This document shows, in pieces, positions 26,129 through 34,995 of a DNA stretch of 64,000 nucleotides. This DNA comes from Vicinamibacterales bacterium (GTDB taxonomy: Bacteria > Acidobacteriota > Vicinamibacteria > Vicinamibacterales > 2-12-FULL-66-21), in the NCBI GenBank assembly GCA_036257535.1, contig DATAFJ010000169.1, positions 4,846 to 68,845 on the forward strand. Direction: 5' to 3'. Both the position numbers and the translations under genes were made by a program. The notes beneath the pieces were generated by a model. The model ran no database searches and was not told where the DNA came from. It was given only the letters and a program-made list of their open reading frames with translations. Position 1 is the stretch's first letter, and each line of letters opens with the position of its first letter.

Positions 26129-29100
26129 ATGAGGTTCGCGATCGCCCTTATCGTCGCACTGCTCCTGCCGGCAGGCGCCGCCGCTCAATCGGCCGATGCC
26201 ACCCTGACCGGAACCATCAAGGACTCCAGCGGCGCCGTCGTCCCCGGCGTCACCATCACGGCCCGCAACACGGGCACCAACGAAACACGAACGGCGGTCA
26301 CGAGCGCAGAGGGGCTCTACCGCATCACGAACCTGCCGCGCGGCCCGTACGAAGTAAAGGCGGAGCTGCAAAGCTTCAAGACGATCACGCAGTCGGACGT
26401 GCTACTCACCGTCGGCGACACCGTGCGGCTCGATTTCTTGATGGAGCTCGGCGCGTTGTCGGAAGTAGTCACGGTCGAATCGCAGGCGTCGCTCATCAAC
26501 ACGGAAGAGGGACGCATTTCGAGCCTCGTCGACGAGAAGCGCGTCGCGGAGCTGCCGCTGAACGGCCGGAACGTGTTCCAGCTGATCGAGCTGCAGCCGG
26601 GCGCGGTCGGCAATCCCGGCAACGCGGTGCTTGGCGGCTCGGCGGGCGGCAACTCCGCGTTCGTCAACGGCCAGCGGAACCGCGCGAACAACTTCCTGCT
26701 CGACGGCACCGATAACAACGATCAGTTCACGGCAGGGCGGCCCGCCGTCAATCCGAACGTCGACGTGATCCAGGAGTTCCGGATCTCGTCCAACAACTTC
26801 TCCGCCGAGTTCGGACGCAACAGCGCCTCCGTCGTGAACGTCGTCACCAAGTCCGGCACGAACACAGTGCACGGCACCGTGTACGAGTTCCTGCGGAACG
26901 ACGCGCTCGACGCGCGGACGGTCTTCGCCGTGAAAGTCGACCCCCTGAAGTTCAACCAGTTCGGCGCGACGACGGGCGGTCCGATCTTCCGCGACCGGAC
27001 GTTCTTCTTCGCGTCGTACGAGGGCCTGCGCCTCACGCGGGGCGTCACGCTGGTTCGCACGGTTGAGACGCCGGAGTTCCGTCAGCTCGTCGCGCAGCGG
27101 TTCCCGAACTCGATCGCGAACTTCCTGTTCCAGAACTTCCCGTCGCCGAACCCGACGAGCAACATCCGCGATACCGGTCAGCCGGTGTCGGGTCTGCAGA
27201 CGCAGAGCTCGCTCAACGATCCGAACGTGGCGGGCAATCCGAACTACACCCGGGCGGGCGCGCTCTTCACCAACAGCGCCCAGGCGCGGCCGGACGGCAG
27301 TCCGGACATCGGCACGGCGAACATTCCGCTCAGCGAAAAGACCGACGGCGATCAGCTCAGTTTTCGAATCGACCAGGAGCTGACGTCGAACCAGCGGCTG
27401 CTCGGCCGCTATCTCTGGGACGACCGCCTGACGGACGACAAGCAGACGATCGTCCGGGACGGCTTCAACCAGCCGATTTCCGAGAAGGGACAGAACTTCA
27501 CCGCCGCCCACACGTGGATTGTCAACAGCAGCACGGTGAACGAAGCGAAATTCGGCATTTCGTGGCGCGAGCGCGGCCTGACGGCAATCAACGAAGGGGT
27601 GCCGAACATCGCGTTTGACGACGGGCTGATTAGTTTCGGCAATCTGCCGACGAACCCGGCCGTGTTCGCCCAGTACACGTTCCACTGGGTCGACACGGTG
27701 TCGATGAATCTCGGCAATCACGGCATCAAGTTCGGGGGCGAGATCCGGCACGTCCGCGACAACTCCGACTTCGCGGTGCGCCGGGGCGGCTACCGGTTCT
27801 TCAGCATCCACGACTTCGCGCAGGACGAGGTGCAGTCGGTCGACATTCTCGGCATCAACCCTGGCACCGGCCTCATCGAGCCCAACATCCGGAACTTCCG
27901 CTTCTGGGAGAGCGGCATGTTCGTCCAGGATGACTGGAAAATCCGGCCGAACCTCACGCTGAATCTGGGGATCAGGCACGAATGGTACGGCCGTCCGTCC
28001 GAGAAGAACGGGCTGTTGACGAACCTGATCCTCGGTCCCGGCGACGACATCTTCGCGCAGATTGCGACGGGGACGGTCGGCCGGGTCGATCAGGTGGTCC
28101 CCAACGACTTCAACAACTTCGCGCCGCGGCTGGGCGCCTCCTGGGATCCGCGGGGCGACGGCAAGTACGTCTTCCGGGGCGGATGGGGCATGGCCTACGA
28201 GCGACTGTTCAACAACTCGATCACGAACATCCGCTTCAATCCGCCGGACTATTCGTTTACGGTCGCTTCGCCCGTGTTCGTGGCGGCGCACGCGCGCGTC
28301 CCGATTGCGTACGGGCCTCGGAACCCCGACGGATCGGTTCGGAACGAGGCGATCACGATCGAGGGAGAGAACAACAACATCGGCGTTCAGGATGGCCTGG
28401 GGATCGTCGGCAACATCATCGGGTGGAACTCGGCGTTCGGTAACTCGCAGCAGTCGCTGCGCGTGCCCGACCCGAACACGAAGGACGCATTCACCTACAA
28501 CTGGTTCGTCGGCGGCCAGACCGAGCTGATGTGGAACATGGTGTTCGAGGCGAACTACGTCGGCAACATCGGCCGCAACTTCGGCCGGTTGGTCGACTAC
28601 AACACCCTCCGCGGGGACCTCTTCGACGGCCGGCTCGATCGCCTGAACCCCGGCTTCGGCGGCATCAACTTCCGGGCGATGCTCGCGCACACCGAGTACC
28701 ACGGCGGGCAGTTCCAGCTGAACCGGCGGTTCTCGAAGGGCTACTCGTGGCAGGTGTCGTACACCGTCGGCAAGGCGAAGGACAACGGTTCGGACGTCCA
28801 GGTGGCGGGCGGCCCGGTCGACGCGCGCGACCTCGAGCTCGAGTTTTCCGTCTCCGACTTCGACGTGAGGCACCGCTTCGTCGCCAACTGGCTCTGGGAG
28901 CTGCCGTTCTTCAGGAACACGACCGGTGTGAAACACGCACTGCTGGGCGGCTGGCAGCTCAACGGGATCACCGCGCTCCAGAGCGGGTTCCCCTTCAGCG
29001 TCACCACGAACCGCGCGTTCGGCGCCGGCGGCGACTTCAACGGCGACGGCGTGCGGAACGACCGGCCGAACCAGCCGTCGTTCGGCACGGACATCAATGC

Positions 29101-29413
29101 CGAGACGCAGGACTATATCGACGGAGTGTTCACGGCGTCGGATTTCCCCATTACGGGGTTCATCATCGGCGACCTGCCGCGGAACGCCTATCGCGGTCCC
29201 GGCTACGCGAGCACCGACCTGTCGATCTTCAAGGACTTCGTGCTGCCGTGGGGAAGCGACACGCGGCTGCAGTTCCGGTGGGAGGTGTTCAACGTCTTCA
29301 ACCGGGTCAACCTGCGGCTGCCGCAGGGCAACCTCGCGTCGCCGCAGTTCGGCCGCTCGACGCAGGCGTTCGCGGCGAGAGAGATGCAATTTGCGCTGAA
29401 GCTGATCTTCTAG
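26129..29413 (+). CDS. TonB-dependent-receptor-like outer-membrane protein with N-terminal CarboxypepD_reg domain
   Basis: AGGAGGGGAGA precedes the ATG. Signal peptide, then TLTGTIKDSSGAVVPGVTITARNTGTNETRTAVTSAEGLYRITNLPRGPYEV, a plug-like region and a long beta-barrel ending ...FALKLIF. Confidence 0.9.
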   Translation: MRFAIALIVALLLPAGAAAQSADATLTGTIKDSSGAVVPGVTITARNTGTNETRTAVTSAEGLYRITNLPRGPYEVKAELQSFKTITQSDVLLTVGDTVRLDFLMELGALSEVVTVESQASLINTEEGRISSLVDEKRVAELPLNGRNVFQLIELQPGAVGNPGNAVLGGSAGGNSAFVNGQRNRANNFLLDGTDNNDQFTAGRPAVNPNVDVIQEFRISSNNFSAEFGRNSASVVNVVTKSGTNTVHGTVYEFLRNDALDARTVFAVKVDPLKFNQFGATTGGPIFRDRTFFFASYEGLRLTRGVTLVRTVETPEFRQLVAQRFPNSIANFLFQNFPSPNPTSNIRDTGQPVSGLQTQSSLNDPNVAGNPNYTRAGALFTNSAQARPDGSPDIGTANIPLSEKTDGDQLSFRIDQELTSNQRLLGRYLWDDRLTDDKQTIVRDGFNQPISEKGQNFTAAHTWIVNSSTVNEAKFGISWRERGLTAINEGVPNIAFDDGLISFGNLPTNPAVFAQYTFHWVDTVSMNLGNHGIKFGGEIRHVRDNSDFAVRRGGYRFFSIHDFAQDEVQSVDILGINPGTGLIEPNIRNFRFWESGMFVQDDWKIRPNLTLNLGIRHEWYGRPSEKNGLLTNLILGPGDDIFAQIATGTVGRVDQVVPNDFNNFAPRLGASWDPRGDGKYVFRGGWGMAYERLFNNSITNIRFNPPDYSFTVASPVFVAAHARVPIAYGPRNPDGSVRNEAITIEGENNNIGVQDGLGIVGNIIGWNSAFGNSQQSLRVPDPNTKDAFTYNWFVGGQTELMWNMVFEANYVGNIGRNFGRLVDYNTLRGDLFDGRLDRLNPGFGGINFRAMLAHTEYHGGQFQLNRRFSKGYSWQVSYTVGKAKDNGSDVQVAGGPVDARDLELEFSVSDFDVRHRFVANWLWELPFFRNTTGVKHALLGGWQLNGITALQSGFPFSVTTNRAFGAGGDFNGDGVRNDRPNQPSFGTDINAETQDYIDGVFTASDFPITGFIIGDLPRNAYRGPGYASTDLSIFKDFVLPWGSDTRLQFRWEVFNVFNRVNLRLPQGNLASPQFGRSTQAFAAREMQFALKLIF

Positions 29414-29420
29414 CAATCTG

Positions 29421-29497
29421 ATGCCCGATGCCGAATGCCGAATGCCGAAAAGCGACCTCCAGGCCGTTTTGGGCATTTTGCATTCGGCATTGGGCAT
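29421..29497. repeat. Imperfect 31-bp hairpin built from GAATGCC-type heptamers
   Basis: The left arm atgcccgatgccgaatgccgaatgccgaaaa pairs with the right arm ttttgggcattttgcattcggcattgggcat (4 mismatches). It lies between the receptor stop and the sulfatase-like gene and overlaps that gene's first codons. Confidence 0.85.
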
Positions 29498-31371
29498 TAG
29501 CAGCGGCGGCACTAGTGTCGGCGGCGTGTGCGGCGGAGCAGCCGCCGACGCAGCCGAGGTCGATCGTTCTCGTCACGATCGACACGCTGCGCGCCGATGC
29601 GATCGGTAAGGGAACGCCGGCGCTCGAGCGGCTTCGCGCCGAATCAATCGACTTCACACAGGCGATCACGGTGGCGCCACTGACGCTGCCGTCGCACGCG
29701 TCGCTTTTCACGGGCCTGTTTCCGCCGGCCCACGGCGCGCGCGACAACCATCTCTTCACGCTCGCGGAGGGCATCCCAACCTACACAGAGATGTTGAAGT
29801 CGGCTGGTCATGCGACCGGCGCGTTCGTTGGCTCGATCGTGCTCGGCAAGCGCTACGGGCTGGCGCGCGGGTTCGGCGAGTACGACGATCAGGTCACCGG
29901 GCCCGAGCGGTCCGGCGCCGACACCGTCGCCCGGGCGTCGGCGTGGCTGTCTCGCGCCCGTGAGCCCTTCTTCGTGTGGCTGCATCTGTTCGAGCCGCAC
30001 GCGCCGTACACGAGCGGCAGTTACGCGGGTGACGTGGCCGAGGCGGATCGGCACACGGGACAGCTCCTCGACGCCGTGCGCGCGCGCGGAATGTGGGATC
30101 GCGCCGTGGTCAGCGTCACGTCGGACCACGGCGAAGCGCTCGGCGATCACGGCGAGGCGACGCATGGATTCTTCATCTACGATTCGACGCTGCGGATTCC
30201 GTGGCTGCTTCGGGCGCCGGGCGTCACCCCGACCCGCTACCCTCACCAGGTCCGCATCATCGACATCATGCCGACGACGATGGCGGTTGCAGGGGCGAGT
30301 CGTGTGAACGCCGGCGGCGTCGTCACCGCCGTGACCGCCGTGGACGCCGTCGACGTCAGCGCACACGTCGCCGGCCAGACGGATCCCACGCTCGAGGCGT
30401 ACGCCGAAACGCTGCTCCCGAAGCATCAGTTCAACTGGAGCGGCCTGCGCGCGTTGAGGACCGCCCAGTTCAAGTACATCGACGCGCCGCGGCCCGAGCT
30501 GTACGACCTCGAGAAAGATCCGGCGGAGCGTACGAGCGACGTCGGGGCCGCAGCGGGCCGGGTCACCGCGGGGAAGCTCGTACTGGCCGCGATCGACCGC
30601 CGCAGCAGGCAGGCCACACGCGGACCGGCCGCCGATAACGCGTTGTCGGACGCGTTTCTCTCGCTCGGCTACATCGGCTACGCGCCGCCGCCGTCGACGG
30701 GCGAGGCCGCGCTTGCCGATCCAAAGGACAAGGTTGGCGTCTATCGTCTCGTGATGCGCGCGATCGAGGAGTCGGAGCGCGGCGACCGCGCCCGGGCGCT
30801 CGCGACGCTGGCCGACGCCGCGAAGCAGGATCCCGACGTCGCCCAGACGCACTTCCTGGCGGCGTCGATCCTGGGCCAGGAGGGCCGGTTTCGCGAAGCC
30901 GCGGCCGCTCTCGAGCGCACGCTGGCGCTCAATCCGCGCTACACGGCCGCGCGATTCAAGCTCGCGCTGGCGCGGCTCCGTCTCCGCGACCACGCCGCCG
31001 CCGAGCGCGAGCTGGATCTCGTATTGAAGGACGAGCCGGACAACGTCCGCGCGATCCACAATCTGGCCGCGGTGGCGTACTCGCGAGGCGACCTGGCTCG
31101 CGCCGAGACGCTCGAGCGGCGTGCGGTCCAGATCGACGCCAGCTACGTCGAGGCGTGGAACACGCTCGGCGCCATCCACATCGTCCGCCGCGAGGCGGCG
31201 CCGGCGCTCGAGGCGCTCAAGCGCGCCACGGCGCTCGCGCCGCGGAACGCCCAGGCGTTCGCGAACCTCGCGCTCGCGTACCGGCTGGCTGGCGACATCA
31301 GCGCGGCAGACGCCGCGGCGGCTCAGGCATGCACGCTGGACCGCAGATTCTGTTCTGGTGCGGCACGATGA
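29428..31371 (+). CDS. Sulfatase-like hydrolase/transferase (alkaline-phosphatase superfamily, Thr nucleophile) fused to TPR repeats
   Basis: IVLVTIDTLRADAIG and APLTLPSHASLFTG (Thr in the nucleophile position) with SDHGEALGDHGE. The C-terminal 200 aa are TPR-like. The lipobox-like sequence is LVSAAC. Confidence 0.8.
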   Translation: MPNAECRKATSRPFWAFCIRHWALAAAALVSAACAAEQPPTQPRSIVLVTIDTLRADAIGKGTPALERLRAESIDFTQAITVAPLTLPSHASLFTGLFPPAHGARDNHLFTLAEGIPTYTEMLKSAGHATGAFVGSIVLGKRYGLARGFGEYDDQVTGPERSGADTVARASAWLSRAREPFFVWLHLFEPHAPYTSGSYAGDVAEADRHTGQLLDAVRARGMWDRAVVSVTSDHGEALGDHGEATHGFFIYDSTLRIPWLLRAPGVTPTRYPHQVRIIDIMPTTMAVAGASRVNAGGVVTAVTAVDAVDVSAHVAGQTDPTLEAYAETLLPKHQFNWSGLRALRTAQFKYIDAPRPELYDLEKDPAERTSDVGAAAGRVTAGKLVLAAIDRRSRQATRGPAADNALSDAFLSLGYIGYAPPPSTGEAALADPKDKVGVYRLVMRAIEESERGDRARALATLADAAKQDPDVAQTHFLAASILGQEGRFREAAAALERTLALNPRYTAARFKLALARLRLRDHAAAERELDLVLKDEPDNVRAIHNLAAVAYSRGDLARAETLERRAVQIDASYVEAWNTLGAIHIVRREAAPALEALKRATALAPRNAQAFANLALAYRLAGDISAADAAAAQACTLDRRFCSGAAR

Positions 31372-31458
31372 TTCAGAATGCGGTGCAGGTCACGAAGATC
31401 TTGCGAGCCACGGATTACGCGGATCGGCACGCCGACGCCGCGCATCGCGCGGCGCTCG

Positions 31459-31530
31459 AAGGCACGACGCCACGGACGTGAGCCGGTTACACGATGGCTC
31501 AGCTCACGTCCGCGGCGTCGTGCCTTTTAG
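31459..31530 (+). terminator. Strong hairpin with T-tract downstream of the sulfatase-like gene
   Basis: AAGGCACGACGCCACGGACGTGAGC (31459..31483) pairs with GCTCACGTCCGCGGCGTCGTGCCTT (31502..31526) with 1 mismatch. The T-tract ends at 31528. Confidence 0.55.
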
Positions 31531-31597
31531 CCTGGCCCAGGCTTCGCCTGGGCCGTCGGCGTGCCGATACGCGGATAAGATCCTGCGCATTCTGAAT

Positions 31598-31639
31598 CCG
31601 TGTAATCCGTGGCTAACGAGATCCGCGTAATCCGCGGCT
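31598..31639 (+). promoter_or_regulatory. Two direct copies of the 17-mer CCG(C/T)GTAATCCG(C/T)GGCT just upstream of the BNR gene RBS
   Basis: Copies lie at 31598..31614 and 31623..31639, spaced 25 nt start to start. The last ends 20 nt before the ATG at 31659. A third inverted copy is at 31406..31422 and a variant at 25949..25965. Confidence 0.3.
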
Positions 31640-31658
31640 TGAATACAAGAGGACTGCC

Positions 31659-34600
31659 ATGCGACGAATCGTCCTGATCGTTGTTTCCGTCACTCTGTGG
31701 CTCGCGTCCTCGCCGTCCGCGGCCAGGAACGATCGGCCGCCCACGCCACTCGACGGCCTCGAGTGGCGGCACATCGGTCCCGCGGCCTTCGGCGGCCGGA
31801 TAGACGATGTCGAGGCGGTGGAGTCGAACCCGAAGATCATCTTCGTCGGGACGGCCTCGGGCGGCATCTTCAAGACCGTCAACGGCGGCACGACGTGGAT
31901 GCCGGTGTTCGACCGCGACGGCGGCTCGCTCTCGATTGGCGACGTCGCGATCGCGCCGTCCGATCCGAACATCATCTGGGCGGGATCAGGCGAGCCGAAC
32001 AACCGGCAGAGCTCGTCGTGGGGCGACGGCGTCTACCGATCGATCGACGGCGGCGAGACGTGGACGAACGTCGGCCTGCGCGACAGTCACCACATCGGCC
32101 GCGTGGTGATTCACCCGCGCGATCCGAACACGGTCTACGTGGCGGCTCTCGGTCACCTGTGGGGACCGAACGATGAACGCGGCCTCTATCGCACGCGCGA
32201 CGCCGGCCGCACATGGCAGCAGGTGCTCAAGATCGACGCCGACACGGGCGTCGTCGATGTTGCGCTGGACCGCGACGGCAGGACGCTTTTTGCCGCCGCG
32301 TACCAGCGGCGGCGGCGCGGCTGGGGCTTCGTCGGAGGCGGCACCGGCAGCGGCCTCTACCGTTCCCTCGACGCCGGCGACACGTGGCAGAAGCTTGAAG
32401 AAGGACTGCCCAAGGGCGTCGTCGGCCGCATCGGCGTCGAGATCTCGCGCAGCAATCCAGACATCGTCTACGCGGTTATCGAGCACAAGGAGGGCGGCGT
32501 TTTCCGATCGGAGGATCGCGGCAACACCTGGACGAAGCAGAGCTCGACGAATCAGCGTCCGATGTACTACAGCCAGATCAGGATCGATCCGCGGAACCCC
32601 AACAAGATCTGGATGCTCGCGTCGCCGCTGTTTCTCTCGATCGACGCCGGCAAGACGTTCACGACCAAAGGCACCGGCGATCGCATCCACGTGGATCATC
32701 ACGGCCTCTGGATCGACCCATCCGATCCGGACCATCTGATCCTCGGCAACGACGGCGGTCTGTACGTATCGCAGGACGGCAGCCGCACCTGGCACTTCGT
32801 CGACAACCTGCCGATCGGTCAGTACTACGACATCAGCATCGACAACCGCGATCCGTACTGGGTCTACGGCGGCACGCAGGACAACGGCACATGGGCGCTT
32901 CCGAGCCGGACGTTCAGCTCGCTCGGCATCGCGAACCCCGACGTCGTCAATATCGCCTATGGCGACGGCTTTTACACTCAGCCCGATCCACGCGACGCGC
33001 GCGTGGTCTACGCAAACTCCCAGAATGGCCGCACGTACCTCGTGGACTCAGATACGCGGGAGGAGAAGGGCATTCGCCCAGTTCCGACGGACCCCAAGGA
33101 AACGTATCGCTTCAACTGGAGCACGCCCATGCTCCTGTCGCCGACGAATCCCGACGTCGTTTATTACGGCGGCAACAAGCTGTTCCGGACGAGCGACCGC
33201 GGCATGAAGTGGGAAGTCATCAGCCCGGACCTCACGCGAAATCAGGAGTGGAAAAAGCTGCCGGGCTTCTTCGCGCGCGGCGGCGAGCGCAACGAGGACA
33301 CGCTCTCGCGAGACGACGGCGTCGGCGATTTCGGGACGATTACGGCTATCGGCGAGTCACCCCTGAAAGCGGGCATTCTCTACGTGGGCACGGACGACGG
33401 GAACGTGCAGATGTCGCCGGACGGCGGGAAATCGTGGCAGAACCTGACGTCGAAATTCCGGCTACCCGGAGCGCGATGGGTCAGCCGCGCCGTCGCGTCA
33501 CGCCACGGCGAGCGGACCGCATACGTCGCGTTCGACGGCCATCAAGACGACGACTTCAAGCCGTACCTGTTCCGGACGACCGACGGCGGCGACTCGTGGT
33601 CGTCGATTGTCGGCGACCTGCCGGACGGCATGGTGATCAACGCGTTCGAGGAACATCCGCGCCGTCCGGACCTGCTCTTCGCCGGTACGGAGTTCGGGCT
33701 GTACTACACGCTCGACGGCGGCAAGCACTGGACACTCGCCGCGGGCAACCTCCCGCGCGTGCCGGTCGACGACATCGTCATCAGCGCGAAAGACAACGAT
33801 CTGATCCTCGGCACGCACGGGCGAAGCATCATCATCCTCGACGACATGTCGGTGCTGGAGCAGTCGACTCCGGCGATCATGACGTCCGACGTGCATGTGT
33901 TCGCTTCACGGCCGGCGATTCAGTTCTACGAGCACCGCATGCTGCCGACCCCCGGAGCGTCGGAGTTCTCCGGGCCGAACCCGCCGTACGGCGCGACAAT
34001 CACGTACTACCTGAAGGATGCTCCGCCGGCGCCAAAACCGGAGACGAAAGCGGAGGAGAAAAAGCCGACCGGCACGTCAGGCACGACCGACCAATCCGAC
34101 CCGGCAAAGCCGCCGGCGCCGCCTCCGCCGCGGCCGACGGTCAAGATCACCATCACCGCACCGGACGGATCGGTCGTCCGCGAGCTCGAAGGACCGGATC
34201 GCAAGGGCATGAACCGCGTCGGGTGGGACCTCCGGTATCCGCTCGCCTTCAAAGTCGAGGAGAGCGACGAAGGCTGGTTCGGTCCGCCGAAGGGGCCGTT
34301 CGTGATGCCCGGCACCTACACGGTGAAGCTGAAGGCGCGCGGGCGCGAGGTGAACGCGCCAGTCGAGGTTCGCAGCGATTCACGCGTCAAGACAACCACG
34401 GAAGGCCTGCAGGCCAGGCACACCGCGGCGCGCACCGCGGCGGAGCTGCAGCGCGCGTTCGTCGAGGGCGCATTGCTCATGCGCGACGCCGGCCGCCGGT
34501 TCGACGAGCTCGAGAAGCGCGTCAAGGAGAGCAACCACAAAGAGCCGCTGGTCGCCGAGACGGCGAAGACGATGGCGGACCTGCGCGAGAAGTTCAAGTC

Positions 34601-34841
34601 TGGCTGGGACGGGCCTCGATTCAAGATCTTCGATCTGGCCGGCCAGCTGCAGGCCTCGACCTCGGCGCCCACCGAGGCGCAGCTCAGAACCGTCGATCAA
34701 CTCACGGCGGACCTGAGCGCGAACGTGGCGAAGCTCAACGCGTTCGTCGAGCGCGATCTCCCGGAGCTCGAGCGCCGGCTGGCAGCCACAGGGCTCGACA
34801 AGCCAGCGCTGAAACCGGTGGCGCCGCCCAAGAAGCCCTGA
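31659..34841 (+). CDS. BNR/Asp-box repeat protein (sortilin/VPS10-like glycosyl-hydrolase-like beta-propellers)
   Basis: Signal peptide and many S-x-D-x-G-x-T-W boxes (KTVNGGTTW, RSIDGGETW, RTRDAGRTW, RSLDAGDTW, RSEDRGNTW, ...). Length 1060 aa. Confidence 0.85.
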   Translation: MRRIVLIVVSVTLWLASSPSAARNDRPPTPLDGLEWRHIGPAAFGGRIDDVEAVESNPKIIFVGTASGGIFKTVNGGTTWMPVFDRDGGSLSIGDVAIAPSDPNIIWAGSGEPNNRQSSSWGDGVYRSIDGGETWTNVGLRDSHHIGRVVIHPRDPNTVYVAALGHLWGPNDERGLYRTRDAGRTWQQVLKIDADTGVVDVALDRDGRTLFAAAYQRRRRGWGFVGGGTGSGLYRSLDAGDTWQKLEEGLPKGVVGRIGVEISRSNPDIVYAVIEHKEGGVFRSEDRGNTWTKQSSTNQRPMYYSQIRIDPRNPNKIWMLASPLFLSIDAGKTFTTKGTGDRIHVDHHGLWIDPSDPDHLILGNDGGLYVSQDGSRTWHFVDNLPIGQYYDISIDNRDPYWVYGGTQDNGTWALPSRTFSSLGIANPDVVNIAYGDGFYTQPDPRDARVVYANSQNGRTYLVDSDTREEKGIRPVPTDPKETYRFNWSTPMLLSPTNPDVVYYGGNKLFRTSDRGMKWEVISPDLTRNQEWKKLPGFFARGGERNEDTLSRDDGVGDFGTITAIGESPLKAGILYVGTDDGNVQMSPDGGKSWQNLTSKFRLPGARWVSRAVASRHGERTAYVAFDGHQDDDFKPYLFRTTDGGDSWSSIVGDLPDGMVINAFEEHPRRPDLLFAGTEFGLYYTLDGGKHWTLAAGNLPRVPVDDIVISAKDNDLILGTHGRSIIILDDMSVLEQSTPAIMTSDVHVFASRPAIQFYEHRMLPTPGASEFSGPNPPYGATITYYLKDAPPAPKPETKAEEKKPTGTSGTTDQSDPAKPPAPPPPRPTVKITITAPDGSVVRELEGPDRKGMNRVGWDLRYPLAFKVEESDEGWFGPPKGPFVMPGTYTVKLKARGREVNAPVEVRSDSRVKTTTEGLQARHTAARTAAELQRAFVEGALLMRDAGRRFDELEKRVKESNHKEPLVAETAKTMADLREKFKSGWDGPRFKIFDLAGQLQASTSAPTEAQLRTVDQLTADLSANVAKLNAFVERDLPELERRLAATGLDKPALKPVAPPKKP

Positions 34842-34995
34842 GTGCAAATGACCTCGACAAAATTGCCCGGGCCATTCCAAAACTGGCAGCCCCAATTTCG
34901 TATCGGCGTTCTTCTGGGACCAGAAGCCGCTCGGCCAGACCGGGTTTCCCGACTGGGATGAGAAACAACTGGCGAGCTACAACCGAATCGCGACG

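Noticed and set aside
26402-29512. Very long antisense ORFs (for example 26402..29512 minus, 10379..12400 plus, 12963..14606 minus, 23542..25146 minus, 29644..31179 minus, 48138..50048 part of the 814-aa minus ORF, 54007..55521 minus, 62622..63758 plus)
   Set aside because: Each lies opposite a gene with clear family motifs. Their peptides are Arg/Ala/Gly/Pro-rich low-complexity strings typical of stop-poor antisense frames in high-GC DNA. None carries a recognisable motif.
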